DNA of 19,755 bases from Fidelibacterota bacterium (GTDB lineage Bacteria; Fidelibacterota; UBA2242). The notes below the pieces were generated by a model that was not told where the DNA came from, ran no database searches, and saw only the letters and a list, made by a program, of their open reading frames with translations. Location: NCBI GenBank assembly GCA_049975265.1, contig JBNGDF010000037.1, positions 1 through 19,755 on the forward strand. The letters are read 5' to 3'. Below are positions 8,868 through 18,176 of the stretch, in pieces (position 1 is the first letter of the stretch; every line of letters starts with the position of its first letter). The position numbers and the translations under genes are program-made.

Positions 8868-9383
8868 AATTCCTCCCATTAATTTTGGTTTGACTTTTCA
8901 TCTTAACCATTAGTCTGTGCAATTTTTTTACCAAACCGATCGCATCTTTAAAATATTAAGTGTCCTGCCGAAAAACAGACGTTATACTTTAATAAATTAG
9001 GCGACCATCTCCAACAGAAAAAATAATTGTAAAAACTATATCCGTTTGATCGTCTTCTGGAACGGACACCAACGACCCCGCAAAGAAACCTCCGGTTTCG
9101 TTTCTTAATTCCAGAAAAATAACGCCATCGTAATTTTCAGAATTAGGAAACAGATTTTCGCAATATAATCGAACAAGCCCCGGAATTTTCCGTAAAAGCA
9201 GCAATATCCTTCGGTGTTAACGGTATTTATGGTTATTGGACCTGAGATTGCCCGACGATCATTACGTTGTCGGATATCAGGTGGCATGAGTTTTGACATT
9301 CCCCATTCCGAACGGACAACAAACGGGTAGTCTGAAACGCTGATGTCAAATTCAATGACCCAAACAGAAAAGAGAGGAGTCAC

Positions 9384-10412
9384 ATGGATCCAAAAACGAT
9401 AGAGTGGAGTACACTGGATTTCAGTTACAAATATGTCCCCTATCGGTTTCATCGGCACTGGAAGGACGGCAGTTGGGATCCGGGTCAGCTGGTCACGGAC
9501 AACAAACTGCTCATTGACGAAGGCGCTGTCTGCCTGCATTATGGACAGGAAATTTTCGAGGGTATGAAGGCACAACGCTCGAAAGATGGAAGAATCTGGC
9601 TTTTCCGTCCTTATGAAAACGCCAAACGGTTCAACGCCTCCGCCCGACGGCTGCTCATGCCGGAAATCCCGGAAAAGGAGTTCGTCGCCGCAATCAAACA
9701 GACATTGCTGGCAAATGAAGAATATATTCCCCCTTACGGTACCGGCGCAGCAATGTACATCCGCCCCTTCATGCTGGGGGTCGGTGAAAACCTGGGAGTG
9801 CGTCCCGCCAAAGAGTACCTGTTTGTCGTATTCGTGACGCCGGTGGGACCCTACTTCAAGCAGGGCTTCAAGCCGATTAGTCTGAAGGTGGAAACCGAAT
9901 ATGACCGGGCGGCAGCACACGGCATCGGACAGGCGAAAGCCGGTGGCAACTATTCCGCCTCGCTGCTGCCCTTGAAAAACGCCCGGGATGAGGGTTTCGA
10001 CGAGGTGGTCTATCTCGATTCCATTCAACATAAATATTTCGAAGAGACCGGCGCCTCCAATGTCTTTTTTGTTCTGCGGAACGATGTCATCGCCACTCCG
10101 AAATCCGATTCCATTCTGAACAGTATCGTCCGCCGCTCGCTGATGAAGGTCGCCCGGGAGGATTTTGGTTTAACCGTGGAAGAGCGACCGGTATCGGTGG
10201 AGGAAATCGAAACATTCCTGGAAGCCGGTGCCTGCGGTACAGCCGCCGTCATCACGCCCATTGGTTGCCTCGGCTATCAGAATAAGCGCTACACATTTTA
10301 CGCCGACGGTAAAGAAGCCGGACCTGTGACAACCCGGCTATATCGCCAATTGACGGCATTACAGGTTGGGGATATCGAAAATACTCACGGCTGGCTGGAA
10401 GAGGTACGCTGA
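9384..10412 (+). CDS. ilvE: Branched-chain amino acid aminotransferase (class IV)
   Basis: LHYGQEIFEGMKA, LFRP, MYIRP, AKAGGNY (PLP lysine), EETGASNVF and GACGTAAVITP motifs; GAGGAG RBS. Confidence 0.95.
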   Translation: MDPKTIEWSTLDFSYKYVPYRFHRHWKDGSWDPGQLVTDNKLLIDEGAVCLHYGQEIFEGMKAQRSKDGRIWLFRPYENAKRFNASARRLLMPEIPEKEFVAAIKQTLLANEEYIPPYGTGAAMYIRPFMLGVGENLGVRPAKEYLFVVFVTPVGPYFKQGFKPISLKVETEYDRAAAHGIGQAKAGGNYSASLLPLKNARDEGFDEVVYLDSIQHKYFEETGASNVFFVLRNDVIATPKSDSILNSIVRRSLMKVAREDFGLTVEERPVSVEEIETFLEAGACGTAAVITPIGCLGYQNKRYTFYADGKEAGPVTTRLYRQLTALQVGDIENTHGWLEEVR

Positions 10413-10447
10413 TACAATCCCGGTGATAACGTAGAGGAAATCCAATC

Positions 10448-10804
10448 ATGGTTATCGAAAAATTCAAATGGGACGATCTGGATAAAGACGGCATGACCTA
10501 TCTGATGGAAAACCGCAAAGAGGTATTTAAGAGCTACCAGAAAATGGTCAGTAATCTGGGTACTCATCTGGACGAAAAAACCAGGGTGCTGATCATGCTG
10601 GCGATTCAGGTCAACAGCCCATCGCCGGAGGCGATAAAAATCATTATACCCAAAGCCATTCGGGCGGGTGCCACCCGGGATGAGATCATCGACACCCTGA
10701 TCCTGACCATTCCGGTAGTGGGACTGTCTACGGTTTTAAAGATGCTGCCGTTTGTACTGAAAGAGCTGGAAGCCTACGAGACGGCGTACGGCGAGGTGCG
10801 CTGA
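10448..10804 (+). CDS. Carboxymuconolactone decarboxylase (CMD/AhpD-like) family protein lacking cysteines
   Basis: LDEKTRVLIMLAI...KAIRAGATRDEIID pattern typical of the CMD fold; GAGG RBS; sits within the operon. Confidence 0.75.
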   Translation: MVIEKFKWDDLDKDGMTYLMENRKEVFKSYQKMVSNLGTHLDEKTRVLIMLAIQVNSPSPEAIKIIIPKAIRAGATRDEIIDTLILTIPVVGLSTVLKMLPFVLKELEAYETAYGEVR

Positions 10805-10842
10805 TTCTCAGTTGTGAGAATGGTGTAAAACAAAGGAAGCGA

Positions 10843-12027
10843 ATGCCGATTTCCAAAAAAATATCCGAGAGCCTAACCCGTTCATCCTGGATCCGCAAGA
10901 TGTTCGAAACCGGAATTGCTCTGAAACAGAAATACGGCGAGGGAAAAGTATACGATTTTTCCCTGGGCAATCCCGATCTGAAATCACCGAGTGAGTTCAG
11001 CACCGCCCTGCTCCGGGAGGCGTCCAGAGTGGGGGATGCACTGCACGGTTATATGCCCAATGCCGGCTATCCCGAAACCCGTCGCTGCATCGCGGAGATG
11101 CTGGCGCGGGAAAGCGGCTTACCTTTTACGGAAGAGCATGTAATCATGACCTGCGGTGCCGCCGGCGCGCTTAACGTAATTCTGAAATCGATCCTCGATC
11201 CCGGTGACGAGGTGGTTGTCATCGCCCCCTATTTTGCGGAATACAATTTCTATATTGACAATCATCAGGGCGTCCGGGTGATTTCCGAAAGCGGTGACGA
11301 TTTGCTCCCGGATTTGAGGGACCTGGCGCGGAAGCTTACACCCAAAACGAAAGCGGTCATTATCAACACTCCCAACAACCCGAGCGGACGGGTCTATTCC
11401 GAAAAACTGCTCCTGGAGCTGGGGGCTCTGCTTCAGAAGAAAAGTACCGAATTCGGACAGCCAATCTATCTGCTGGCGGATGAACCCTATAAAAAAATCA
11501 TCTTTGACGGCGGTGAATATCATTCACCGCTTCGCTTTTACCGCTCCACGATTCTGGCAACCTCATTTTCGAAGGATTTATCCATTGCCGGCGAGCGGAT
11601 CGGCTATCTGGCGGTCAGTCCGCTGATTGAAGACGCCGGCGCCATCATCAACGCCGCCACCTTCTGCAATCGGATTCTGGGCTACATCAACGCTCCGGCG
11701 CTGATGCAACGGGTCGTCAAACATGTGCTGGATGCGGAAGTCGATGTGGCGGTCTACCAAAAACGCCGTGACCTGATCTGTGCTGCGCTGACGTCGATCG
11801 GGTACGAACTGATTAAACCGGAAGGCACCTTCTATGTTTTCCCAAAATCCCCCTTGCCCGACGATGTCGCCTTCGTACAAACATTGCAAAAACATCTGAT
11901 CCTGACGACGCCGGGCAGCGGCTTCCAGCGACCGGGCTATTTCCGGATCTCGCTGTGCGTTCCGGAAAGGACCATCGAAAAATCGATTCCCGGATTTGAA
12001 CAAACCTATCACGAAGTGGTAAACTGA
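10843..12027 (+). CDS. Class I/II PLP-dependent aminotransferase (aspartate aminotransferase-like)
   Basis: SSWIRKMFE, DFSLGNP, INTPNNPSG, ADEPY and SFSKDLSIAGERIGY (PLP lysine) motifs. Confidence 0.92.
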   Translation: MPISKKISESLTRSSWIRKMFETGIALKQKYGEGKVYDFSLGNPDLKSPSEFSTALLREASRVGDALHGYMPNAGYPETRRCIAEMLARESGLPFTEEHVIMTCGAAGALNVILKSILDPGDEVVVIAPYFAEYNFYIDNHQGVRVISESGDDLLPDLRDLARKLTPKTKAVIINTPNNPSGRVYSEKLLLELGALLQKKSTEFGQPIYLLADEPYKKIIFDGGEYHSPLRFYRSTILATSFSKDLSIAGERIGYLAVSPLIEDAGAIINAATFCNRILGYINAPALMQRVVKHVLDAEVDVAVYQKRRDLICAALTSIGYELIKPEGTFYVFPKSPLPDDVAFVQTLQKHLILTTPGSGFQRPGYFRISLCVPERTIEKSIPGFEQTYHEVVN

Positions 12028-12056
12028 CAACGTTCTATTTTTAAATGGAGAATCTT

Positions 12057-12407
12057 ATGGCAGCAACAAAAAGTAGAGGACACGTGGTCATCAATACAGA
12101 GGAATGTAAAGGGTGTGGACTCTGTATCGAAGCCTGTCCGGTGAACGTATTGGTTTTATCCGACAAATTCAATACTCACGGATATCATCCGTCGTCCTAC
12201 ACCGGCGAGGGTTGTACCGGCTGCGGTATCTGTTTCTACACCTGTCCGGAGCCAGGCGCCATTACGGTATTCAAACGCTGGGACCTGCTCACCGAAACCG
12301 CCTTTTGTCCCGACTGCAATGGCGAATACAAGGTATATCACCCGGATGAAAATCCCAATGTTACGATCTGTACCAATTGTCTAAAACCGATTCGTGATTC
12401 CCAATAG
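12057..12407 (+). CDS. vorC: 2x[4Fe-4S] ferredoxin-like (delta) subunit of 2-oxoacid:ferredoxin oxidoreductase, with C-terminal CxxC..CxxC extension
   Basis: [12 protein letters not shown] and [12 protein letters not shown] motifs; ATG at 12057 follows GGAG (alternative start 12045); directly upstream of vorB. Confidence 0.85.
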   Translation: MAATKSRGHVVINTEECKGCGLCIEACPVNVLVLSDKFNTHGYHPSSYTGEGCTGCGICFYTCPEPGAITVFKRWDLLTETAFCPDCNGEYKVYHPDENPNVTICTNCLKPIRDSQ

Positions 12408-12421
12408 AGAGTGAGGTTGAC

Positions 12422-13474
12422 ATGGCAAAACAATTTTTAAAAGGAAACGAAGCGGTAGTTAAAGGCGCCATTCTGGCGGGTTGCCGGGCATACTACGGAT
12501 ATCCTATCACACCCGCCAGTGAAATCGCCCATGCGGCGGCGATGTATCTGCCGCTGGTCGGCGGAACCTTTGTTCAGGCGGAAAGCGAAGTAGCGGCTAT
12601 CAATATGGTCTACGGTGCATCCTCAGCCGGCGAGCGGGTTATGACCGCCTCCTCAGGTCCCGGGATCAGTCTGAAACAGGAGGGCGTTTCCTACTGCGCC
12701 GGATCGGAATTGCCCTGCGTCATCGTAGACGTGGTCCGGGGCGGTCCCGGACTGGGCAACATTGCACCGGAACAGGGCGACTACAACCAGGTGGTCAAAG
12801 GCGGCGGTCACGGCAACTATAAGGCGATCGTTCTGGCACCCAATTCCGTCCAGGAGATGTGCAATTTCGGGATGCTGGCGTTTGATCTGGCAGATAAATA
12901 CCGGAATCCGGTCTATGTTCTGACCGACGGATTTATCGGACAAATGATGGAACCGGTGGAATTCCCCGAGCCGGTCACTTCCGTTCCGGAAAAAGCCTGG
13001 GCGGTCAAAGGCACCGCCGAAACGTCCGACAACCTGATCACCTCCATCGATCTGGACCCCGACGACTTGGAACGCCATAATCAGAAGCTTCAGCAGAAAT
13101 ATGCTATCATCGAAGAACAGGAGCAGCGCGCCGAAGAGTATCGTACCGATAATGCCGACATTGTCATCATCGGCTACGGAATCGTCTCCCGGGTTATCCA
13201 GACGGTGGTTGATGAATTGCGGGATGAGGGTGTCAAAGCCGGGATGCTGCGTCCGATAACGCTGTTCCCATTTCCGAAAAAGATACTTGAAAAACTGACC
13301 GGCAACACCCGGTTCTTTCTGACAGTGGAGATGAGTAACGGACAGCTGGTCAACGATGTCCGGCTGATGGTGGCAGGACGCAAACCGGTTCACCTGTTCA
13401 CCCGCATGGGCGGCAATGTCCCCTCCACCAAGGAAATTCACGACGAAGTGATGAAACTGATGAGGTTATCATGA
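12422..13474 (+). CDS. vorB: 2-oxoisovalerate:ferredoxin oxidoreductase alpha-type subunit
   Basis: [62 protein letters not shown] and RPITLFPFP motifs; context next to ilvE. Confidence 0.9.
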   Translation: MAKQFLKGNEAVVKGAILAGCRAYYGYPITPASEIAHAAAMYLPLVGGTFVQAESEVAAINMVYGASSAGERVMTASSGPGISLKQEGVSYCAGSELPCVIVDVVRGGPGLGNIAPEQGDYNQVVKGGGHGNYKAIVLAPNSVQEMCNFGMLAFDLADKYRNPVYVLTDGFIGQMMEPVEFPEPVTSVPEKAWAVKGTAETSDNLITSIDLDPDDLERHNQKLQQKYAIIEEQEQRAEEYRTDNADIVIIGYGIVSRVIQTVVDELRDEGVKAGMLRPITLFPFPKKILEKLTGNTRFFLTVEMSNGQLVNDVRLMVAGRKPVHLFTRMGGNVPSTKEIHDEVMKLMRLS

Positions 13475-14901
13475 ATACAATTCTGAAAAAATCGACCAGC
13501 TTTTACGATGTCTATGAACGGCGTCCCGGCGCGGATAAACTGACGACCACCTATTGTCCCGGCTGCGGACACGGCGTCCTGCACAAACTGATCGCCGAAG
13601 CTCTGGAGGATTTCGGCGTGCGGGATCGCACCATCTTCATCAGCCCCGTGGGCTGCAGTGTGTTCGCCTATTACTACTTCCACACCGGCAACGTCCAGGT
13701 GGCGCACGGACGGGCGCCGGCAGTCGCGACCGGAATCAAGCGGGCGCATCCGGAGAGTGTGGTCATCAGTTACCAGGGAGACGGCGATCTGGCGGCAATC
13801 GGCACCGCCGAAATCATTCACGCCGCCAACCGTGGCGAGGGCATCACTGTTTTCTTCGTCAATAACGCCGTCTATGGCATGACCGGCGGACAGATGGCAC
13901 CGACCACACTCATCGGGCAGAAAACCATGACGACACCGCGGGGTCGCTCGGCGGATAACGAAGGATTTCCCATTCGCATGAGCGAAATCATCGCTACGCT
14001 GGACTCCCCGGTCTTCGTGGAACGCGTCATGCTTGCCGACACCAAATCCATCATGCATACCCGTCAGACCGTCCGCAAAGCACTCAAACTACAGATCGAG
14101 AAAAATGCCTTCTCCTTTATCGAAGTGCTATCCGCCTGCCCTTCACAACTGAAAATGACGCCCAGCCGCTCAAATCTGTGGGTCAAGGAGGTGCTGGAAA
14201 AACAGTTTCCTCTCGGCGTAACCAAGGATATTTCACAGGAATTTGAGGGACGCAGCTTTGCCCGTAAAAGCGTTTGTCCGGAAGAACTGTCCGACATTCT
14301 GGAAATCGAAGCCACCCGGATCGATCCCCGGAAAATAGCACAATTCAAGGATAATCCCATCAATGAGGAGATCAAGATCGCCGGCTTTGGCGGTCAGGGA
14401 GTCCTGAGTCTCGGAACCGTCCTCTCTGAAATGGGCATGCGCCATAATTACGAAGTCAGCTGGTTGCCCTCCTACGGTCCCGAAATGCGCGGCGGTACGG
14501 CGAACTGCAGCGTCAAAATCTCCAAAAAGAAAATCGGCTCGCCGCTGGTCGCCAACCCGACCATCCTGATCGCCATGAACCGTCCGTCCCTGGATAAATT
14601 TGAAAACGACGTGGTCTCCGGCGGCTTGATTATATACGACAATTCCCTCATCGATCGCACTCCGCTGCGCGATGACGTCGCTGTCATTCCGATCCCGGCA
14701 ACCAAAATGGCGGATGAACTGGGCAATACCAAGGCAGCCAATATGATCATCGTCGGCGCCCTGATTAACTACAAAGAGATTATGTCCCAGCAGGTGATTC
14801 TGGACTCACTGGGTGACATTCTGAAACGGAAAAATCTGGTGGAGCTGAACCAGCAAGCAATTAAGGACGGCGCCGAATACATCAAAAATTACAAAAAGTA
14901 A
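13471..14901 (+). CDS. vorA: 2-oxoisovalerate:ferredoxin oxidoreductase fused beta (TPP-binding) and gamma subunit
   Basis: Beta part: [18 protein letters not shown]...[11 protein letters not shown]. Gamma part: [29 protein letters not shown] overlap with the vorB stop. Confidence 0.9.
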   Translation: MNTILKKSTSFYDVYERRPGADKLTTTYCPGCGHGVLHKLIAEALEDFGVRDRTIFISPVGCSVFAYYYFHTGNVQVAHGRAPAVATGIKRAHPESVVISYQGDGDLAAIGTAEIIHAANRGEGITVFFVNNAVYGMTGGQMAPTTLIGQKTMTTPRGRSADNEGFPIRMSEIIATLDSPVFVERVMLADTKSIMHTRQTVRKALKLQIEKNAFSFIEVLSACPSQLKMTPSRSNLWVKEVLEKQFPLGVTKDISQEFEGRSFARKSVCPEELSDILEIEATRIDPRKIAQFKDNPINEEIKIAGFGGQGVLSLGTVLSEMGMRHNYEVSWLPSYGPEMRGGTANCSVKISKKKIGSPLVANPTILIAMNRPSLDKFENDVVSGGLIIYDNSLIDRTPLRDDVAVIPIPATKMADELGNTKAANMIIVGALINYKEIMSQQVILDSLGDILKRKNLVELNQQAIKDGAEYIKNYKK

Positions 14902-14919
14902 CTCTCGCATTTCTCACTT

Positions 14920-14955
14920 AAAAAGCCTTTTCCGCCGTAAGCGGGGAAGGTTTTT
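14920..14955 (+). terminator. Intrinsic terminator after the ilvE-vor operon
   Basis: AAAAAGCCTTTTCCGC-cgtaa-GCGGGGAAGGTTTTT stem-loop (with G-U pairs) ending in a T tract, about 20 nt after the vorA stop. Confidence 0.8.
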
Positions 14956-15003
14956 CATTATTCCAACCGGAATATTATATTAAAACCGAGAAGAAATGTA
15001 GGA

Positions 15004-17796
15004 ATGAGACGCCTCACTCTCTTAGCACTGATCACGTTCATCATTCAGTTCCCGCTGCCGGCACAGCTGATCGGCGACCAGCATCCACCGGGACTGCGCT
15101 GGCAGCGAATCCGAACCGATTATTTTCATATCATTGTCCCGCAGGAGCTGCTTGCCGAAGGGCAGCGCGTGGCGAATACCCTCGAGTACCTGCGCCCCTT
15201 TCTGGTTAAAACCATGGATACCCGGCTGCGCCGGTGGTCAGTGGTGCTGAACAGCCGCAGCGCCGTCTCCAACGGCTGGGTCGGCTATCTGCCGCGTATG
15301 AGCGAATGGTACCCGGTAACACCTCAGGATGAATTCGGCGGGACGCTGGACTGGTATCACCTGCTGGCGGTACATGAAGGTCGCCACATGGCGCAGTTCG
15401 ATGCATTCGACCGCGGTTTCAACCGTCTGGCAGGGATCTGTTTCGGCGAGCTGGGTCTGGGAGCCTTCAGCTTTTTCGGAACACCGCTCTGGTTTCTCGA
15501 GGGTGATGCCGTGGTCATCGAAACGGCACTGAGCAATGCCGGTCGCGGACGGCAACCGCTTTTCGATCTGGGTATCCGCACATTGCTGCTGTCGGGTAAG
15601 CGCTATTCCTATTACAAAGCCTACCTGCAAAGTTATCGGGATTACTTTCCCGATTATTACGCCCTGGGTTATCAAATGGTTGCCCATACACGCCGGGAAT
15701 TCGGCGCCGATGTCTGGTCCCGGATCATGCAGCGCTCCGCAAAATACTCCTACCTGCCCTGGTCTTTTAGTCGCTCGATGAAAAAAATCACCGGGTACAA
15801 CGCCCGCACCACCTATGAAAAAACCATGGACGAACTGGAAAAAGTGTGGCAAAAGCAGATTGCCGGAATTCATGAGACCCCGGTCGACATTCAAAACAGG
15901 GAAAAAGAGGTCTGGACAAGGTATCAATTCCCCCGGCAGATTTCCGACGGCAGCATAATTGCTTTGAAAAGCGGTCTGGCGGACCCCTATACACTGGTAC
16001 GCCTTGAATCAACCGGCAGGGAGACACGCCTGAGGCAAATCGCCTACACGGAAAATATCTCTGTCAATGCCGATAAAATTGTCTGGTCAGAAGAATCGGT
16101 CGATCCCCGCTGGCGGGCACAGAGTTACTCCAACGTAATTATGTACGATCTTCAATCCGGAAAACGAAAGCAGCTGACCCGCAGGGGGAAATTTTTTGCA
16201 CCGGCGTTGTCGCCCGACGGGCAGCGAATCATCACCGTGAAACACCATCTGGACCGGCACTGCACTCTGGTAATGCTGGATGCAGAAAACGGGCACGAAA
16301 TCCGCGAATTTCCCAATCCCGGTAATGACGCTCTCAAAACGCCGGTCTGGTCGGAAGACGGGCAAACAATCGGCTTTATCCGTCAACGAAACGGCAAACG
16401 GGCGCTGACCGTACTGGACCCGGAGACAGGCAGGCAGCGCGACATCATCGCCGCCACCACAGAGGATATCAGCTATCCGATATTCTACAGCGACTTTATT
16501 CTCTACGATTCACCCTGGTCGGGCATTGACAACATCTATGCCGTGCACCAGAAAACCGGACGGCGCTATCAGATCACCTCCCGTAAATTCGGCTCGTTTT
16601 ATCCCTCTGCGGTCAATGATACACTGCTCTTTTGCGATTATCAAATTAACGGATTGAATGTCGTCCGCACCCGGCTGGATACCGCCCTATGGGCGCCCCT
16701 GGAAAATGTTGAACAACGGCGGGTGAACTTTTTTGAGCCGCTGGTGGAACAGGAACAGGGTGGCAATATTTTACAGGCGGAAAAGATACCGGACAGGTCT
16801 TATCCCGTCGAATCTTATTCACCGCTGCGGCATGCTGTGAATGTTCACAGCTGGTTTCTGCTGCCACTGCCGCCCAACCTGATTTACGGAATCATCTCCA
16901 ACGACTATCTGCATACAATGACGCTGAGCGCACTGGCAAACTATCACGCCGGTGAACAGGTAACCGCCTATTCCCTGATTGCCAGTTATGCCGGCATTCG
17001 CCCAGTTATTGATCTGGAAATCGGCTTCGGCAAACGGGCGCAGCTCTACGATTTTCAAGGCAAGGACAGCAGTGATGTCTGGGACGAAGCCGGCACGTCT
17101 CTGGATTTGCGTTTCCCGATTCAAATAAATCGCGGGGCATGGACAGTGCTGGTGGAGTACTCCCTGAGCGGCGGACTGGTGCAGGTGTCCGGCAAAGAGG
17201 GTTTTAACACCGATACACTCCACTACGGCAACTTTCAGATTCTTTCCCACGGCATTGATTTCTCCAGCAAACGGCAGAGAGCCCGTCGTGATCTCGCGCC
17301 CCGCTTCGGGACGGATATCCGGCTTTATCAGGCACAGGCGCTGCACGAATTCAAAAGCTGCAACAATCACTATTTCGCTTCAGTCCGGCAATTTTTACCC
17401 GGGCTACTCAGACACCACAGTCTTCAGAGTTTTCTGGCTCTGGAGCACAGAGACAACCGGTCGCGCTACATTTTTCAGAGCCGCATGCCCCGGATCAGAG
17501 GATATCAGCCGGATGCCGACATCCTGGGTGCGCTGGATTACTCGTTTCCGCTACTCTATCCCGATCTCGCGCTGGGATCATTTGTCTTTTTTAAACGCCT
17601 CCAGGCAAACCTGTTTTACGACTATGGCGTCGTTGGCGGGAATTTACGTCGTGCCGGCGGAGCGGAGCTGAGTATGGATTTCACCCCGCTGACACTATAC
17701 TATCTGGAACTGAATGCCGGGGTTCGCTGTTCCTATCGAATCGAAGACCATCGCTGGGTGCTCGAGTTTATTCTTGGTAGTATCGGATTAATGTAA
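15004..17796 (+). CDS. Exported/outer-membrane protein: zincin (HExxH) domain, TolB/PD40-like beta-propeller and putative C-terminal beta-barrel
   Basis: Signal peptide MRRLTLLALITFIIQFPLPAQ; AVHEGRH plus PLWFLEGDAV (gluzincin-like third ligand); propeller repeats (PALSPDGQRI, PVWSEDGQTI); C-terminal alternating strands (DYSFPLLYPD, ANLFYDYG, AGVRCSY). Confidence 0.75.
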   Translation: MRRLTLLALITFIIQFPLPAQLIGDQHPPGLRWQRIRTDYFHIIVPQELLAEGQRVANTLEYLRPFLVKTMDTRLRRWSVVLNSRSAVSNGWVGYLPRMSEWYPVTPQDEFGGTLDWYHLLAVHEGRHMAQFDAFDRGFNRLAGICFGELGLGAFSFFGTPLWFLEGDAVVIETALSNAGRGRQPLFDLGIRTLLLSGKRYSYYKAYLQSYRDYFPDYYALGYQMVAHTRREFGADVWSRIMQRSAKYSYLPWSFSRSMKKITGYNARTTYEKTMDELEKVWQKQIAGIHETPVDIQNREKEVWTRYQFPRQISDGSIIALKSGLADPYTLVRLESTGRETRLRQIAYTENISVNADKIVWSEESVDPRWRAQSYSNVIMYDLQSGKRKQLTRRGKFFAPALSPDGQRIITVKHHLDRHCTLVMLDAENGHEIREFPNPGNDALKTPVWSEDGQTIGFIRQRNGKRALTVLDPETGRQRDIIAATTEDISYPIFYSDFILYDSPWSGIDNIYAVHQKTGRRYQITSRKFGSFYPSAVNDTLLFCDYQINGLNVVRTRLDTALWAPLENVEQRRVNFFEPLVEQEQGGNILQAEKIPDRSYPVESYSPLRHAVNVHSWFLLPLPPNLIYGIISNDYLHTMTLSALANYHAGEQVTAYSLIASYAGIRPVIDLEIGFGKRAQLYDFQGKDSSDVWDEAGTSLDLRFPIQINRGAWTVLVEYSLSGGLVQVSGKEGFNTDTLHYGNFQILSHGIDFSSKRQRARRDLAPRFGTDIRLYQAQALHEFKSCNNHYFASVRQFLPGLLRHHSLQSFLALEHRDNRSRYIFQSRMPRIRGYQPDADILGALDYSFPLLYPDLALGSFVFFKRLQANLFYDYGVVGGNLRRAGGAELSMDFTPLTLYYLELNAGVRCSYRIEDHRWVLEFILGSIGLM

Positions 17797-17952
17797 CATC
17801 CAAAGTGCGGGCGGAGATGTCTTCACCGTTTTTTTTAACCGCAAAGACACAAAGTGACGCTAAGAAATTTTCATTACAATATGTGGAAAGTTTCCAAATA
17901 GTCGTGTTTTTAATACCCGATTTTACCGATAATTAATTCTGTTTCAACACTA

Positions 17953-18036
17953 TTTGATGGTCCTGTTTGAACCTTTTGGGGTCTTCCAGGACCTTTTTGC
18001 ATATCTGTTTGACCTTTTGATGGTCCTGTTTGAACA
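17953..18036. repeat. Degenerate 21-nt tandem repeat, 4 units
   Basis: Units TTTGATGGTCCTGTTTGAACC / TTTTGGGGTCTTCCAGGACCT / TTTTGCATATCTGTTTGACCT / TTTGATGGTCCTGTTTGAACA. Units 1 and 4 share an exact 20-mer, 63 nt apart. Confidence 0.7.
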
Positions 18037-18067
18037 TCGGAAGGTCTTATGAGACTTTTAGGAGGAT

Positions 18068-18094
18068 AAAAAAAGTCCCGGAGTATCCCCGGGA
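18068..18094 (-). terminator. Putative intrinsic terminator downstream of the hybrid kinase
   Basis: TCCCGG-agtatcc-CCGGGA hairpin, followed on the minus strand by C and a T7 tract. Confidence 0.55.
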
Positions 18095-18176
18095 GACCGC
18101 AACGACGCAATGTGTCGTTAAAACAATTTCTTTACAAAGAAATCAGCGGAGAGTTTCACCAATCTGTCATTTTTAT

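Noticed and set aside
9229..9330. 33-aa uORF (MVIGPEIARRSL...) as a BCAA attenuator leader peptide, or a T-box
   Set aside because: No run of Leu/Ile/Val codons, no RBS, no terminator with a U tract, and AGGTGGCATG is only a poor match to the T-box consensus.
9105..10031. 308-aa minus-strand ORF and other long antisense ORFs (e.g. 12653-13441, 3070-3699, 15238-15927)
   Set aside because: They shadow well-supported genes on the opposite strand and have no recognisable motifs.
17836..17867. AACCGCAAAGACACAAAGTGACGCTAAG, resembling short CGCAAAG-type intergenic repeats
   Set aside because: Single degenerate copy with only a weak echo near 18097; cannot be supported without the rest of the genome.
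17941..18035. Possible mini-CRISPR (GTTTCAAC...TTGAAC resembles repeat ends; two copies of a 20-mer)
   Set aside because: Only two partial copies, the intervening sequence is itself made of degenerate 21-nt units, and no cas genes are present.
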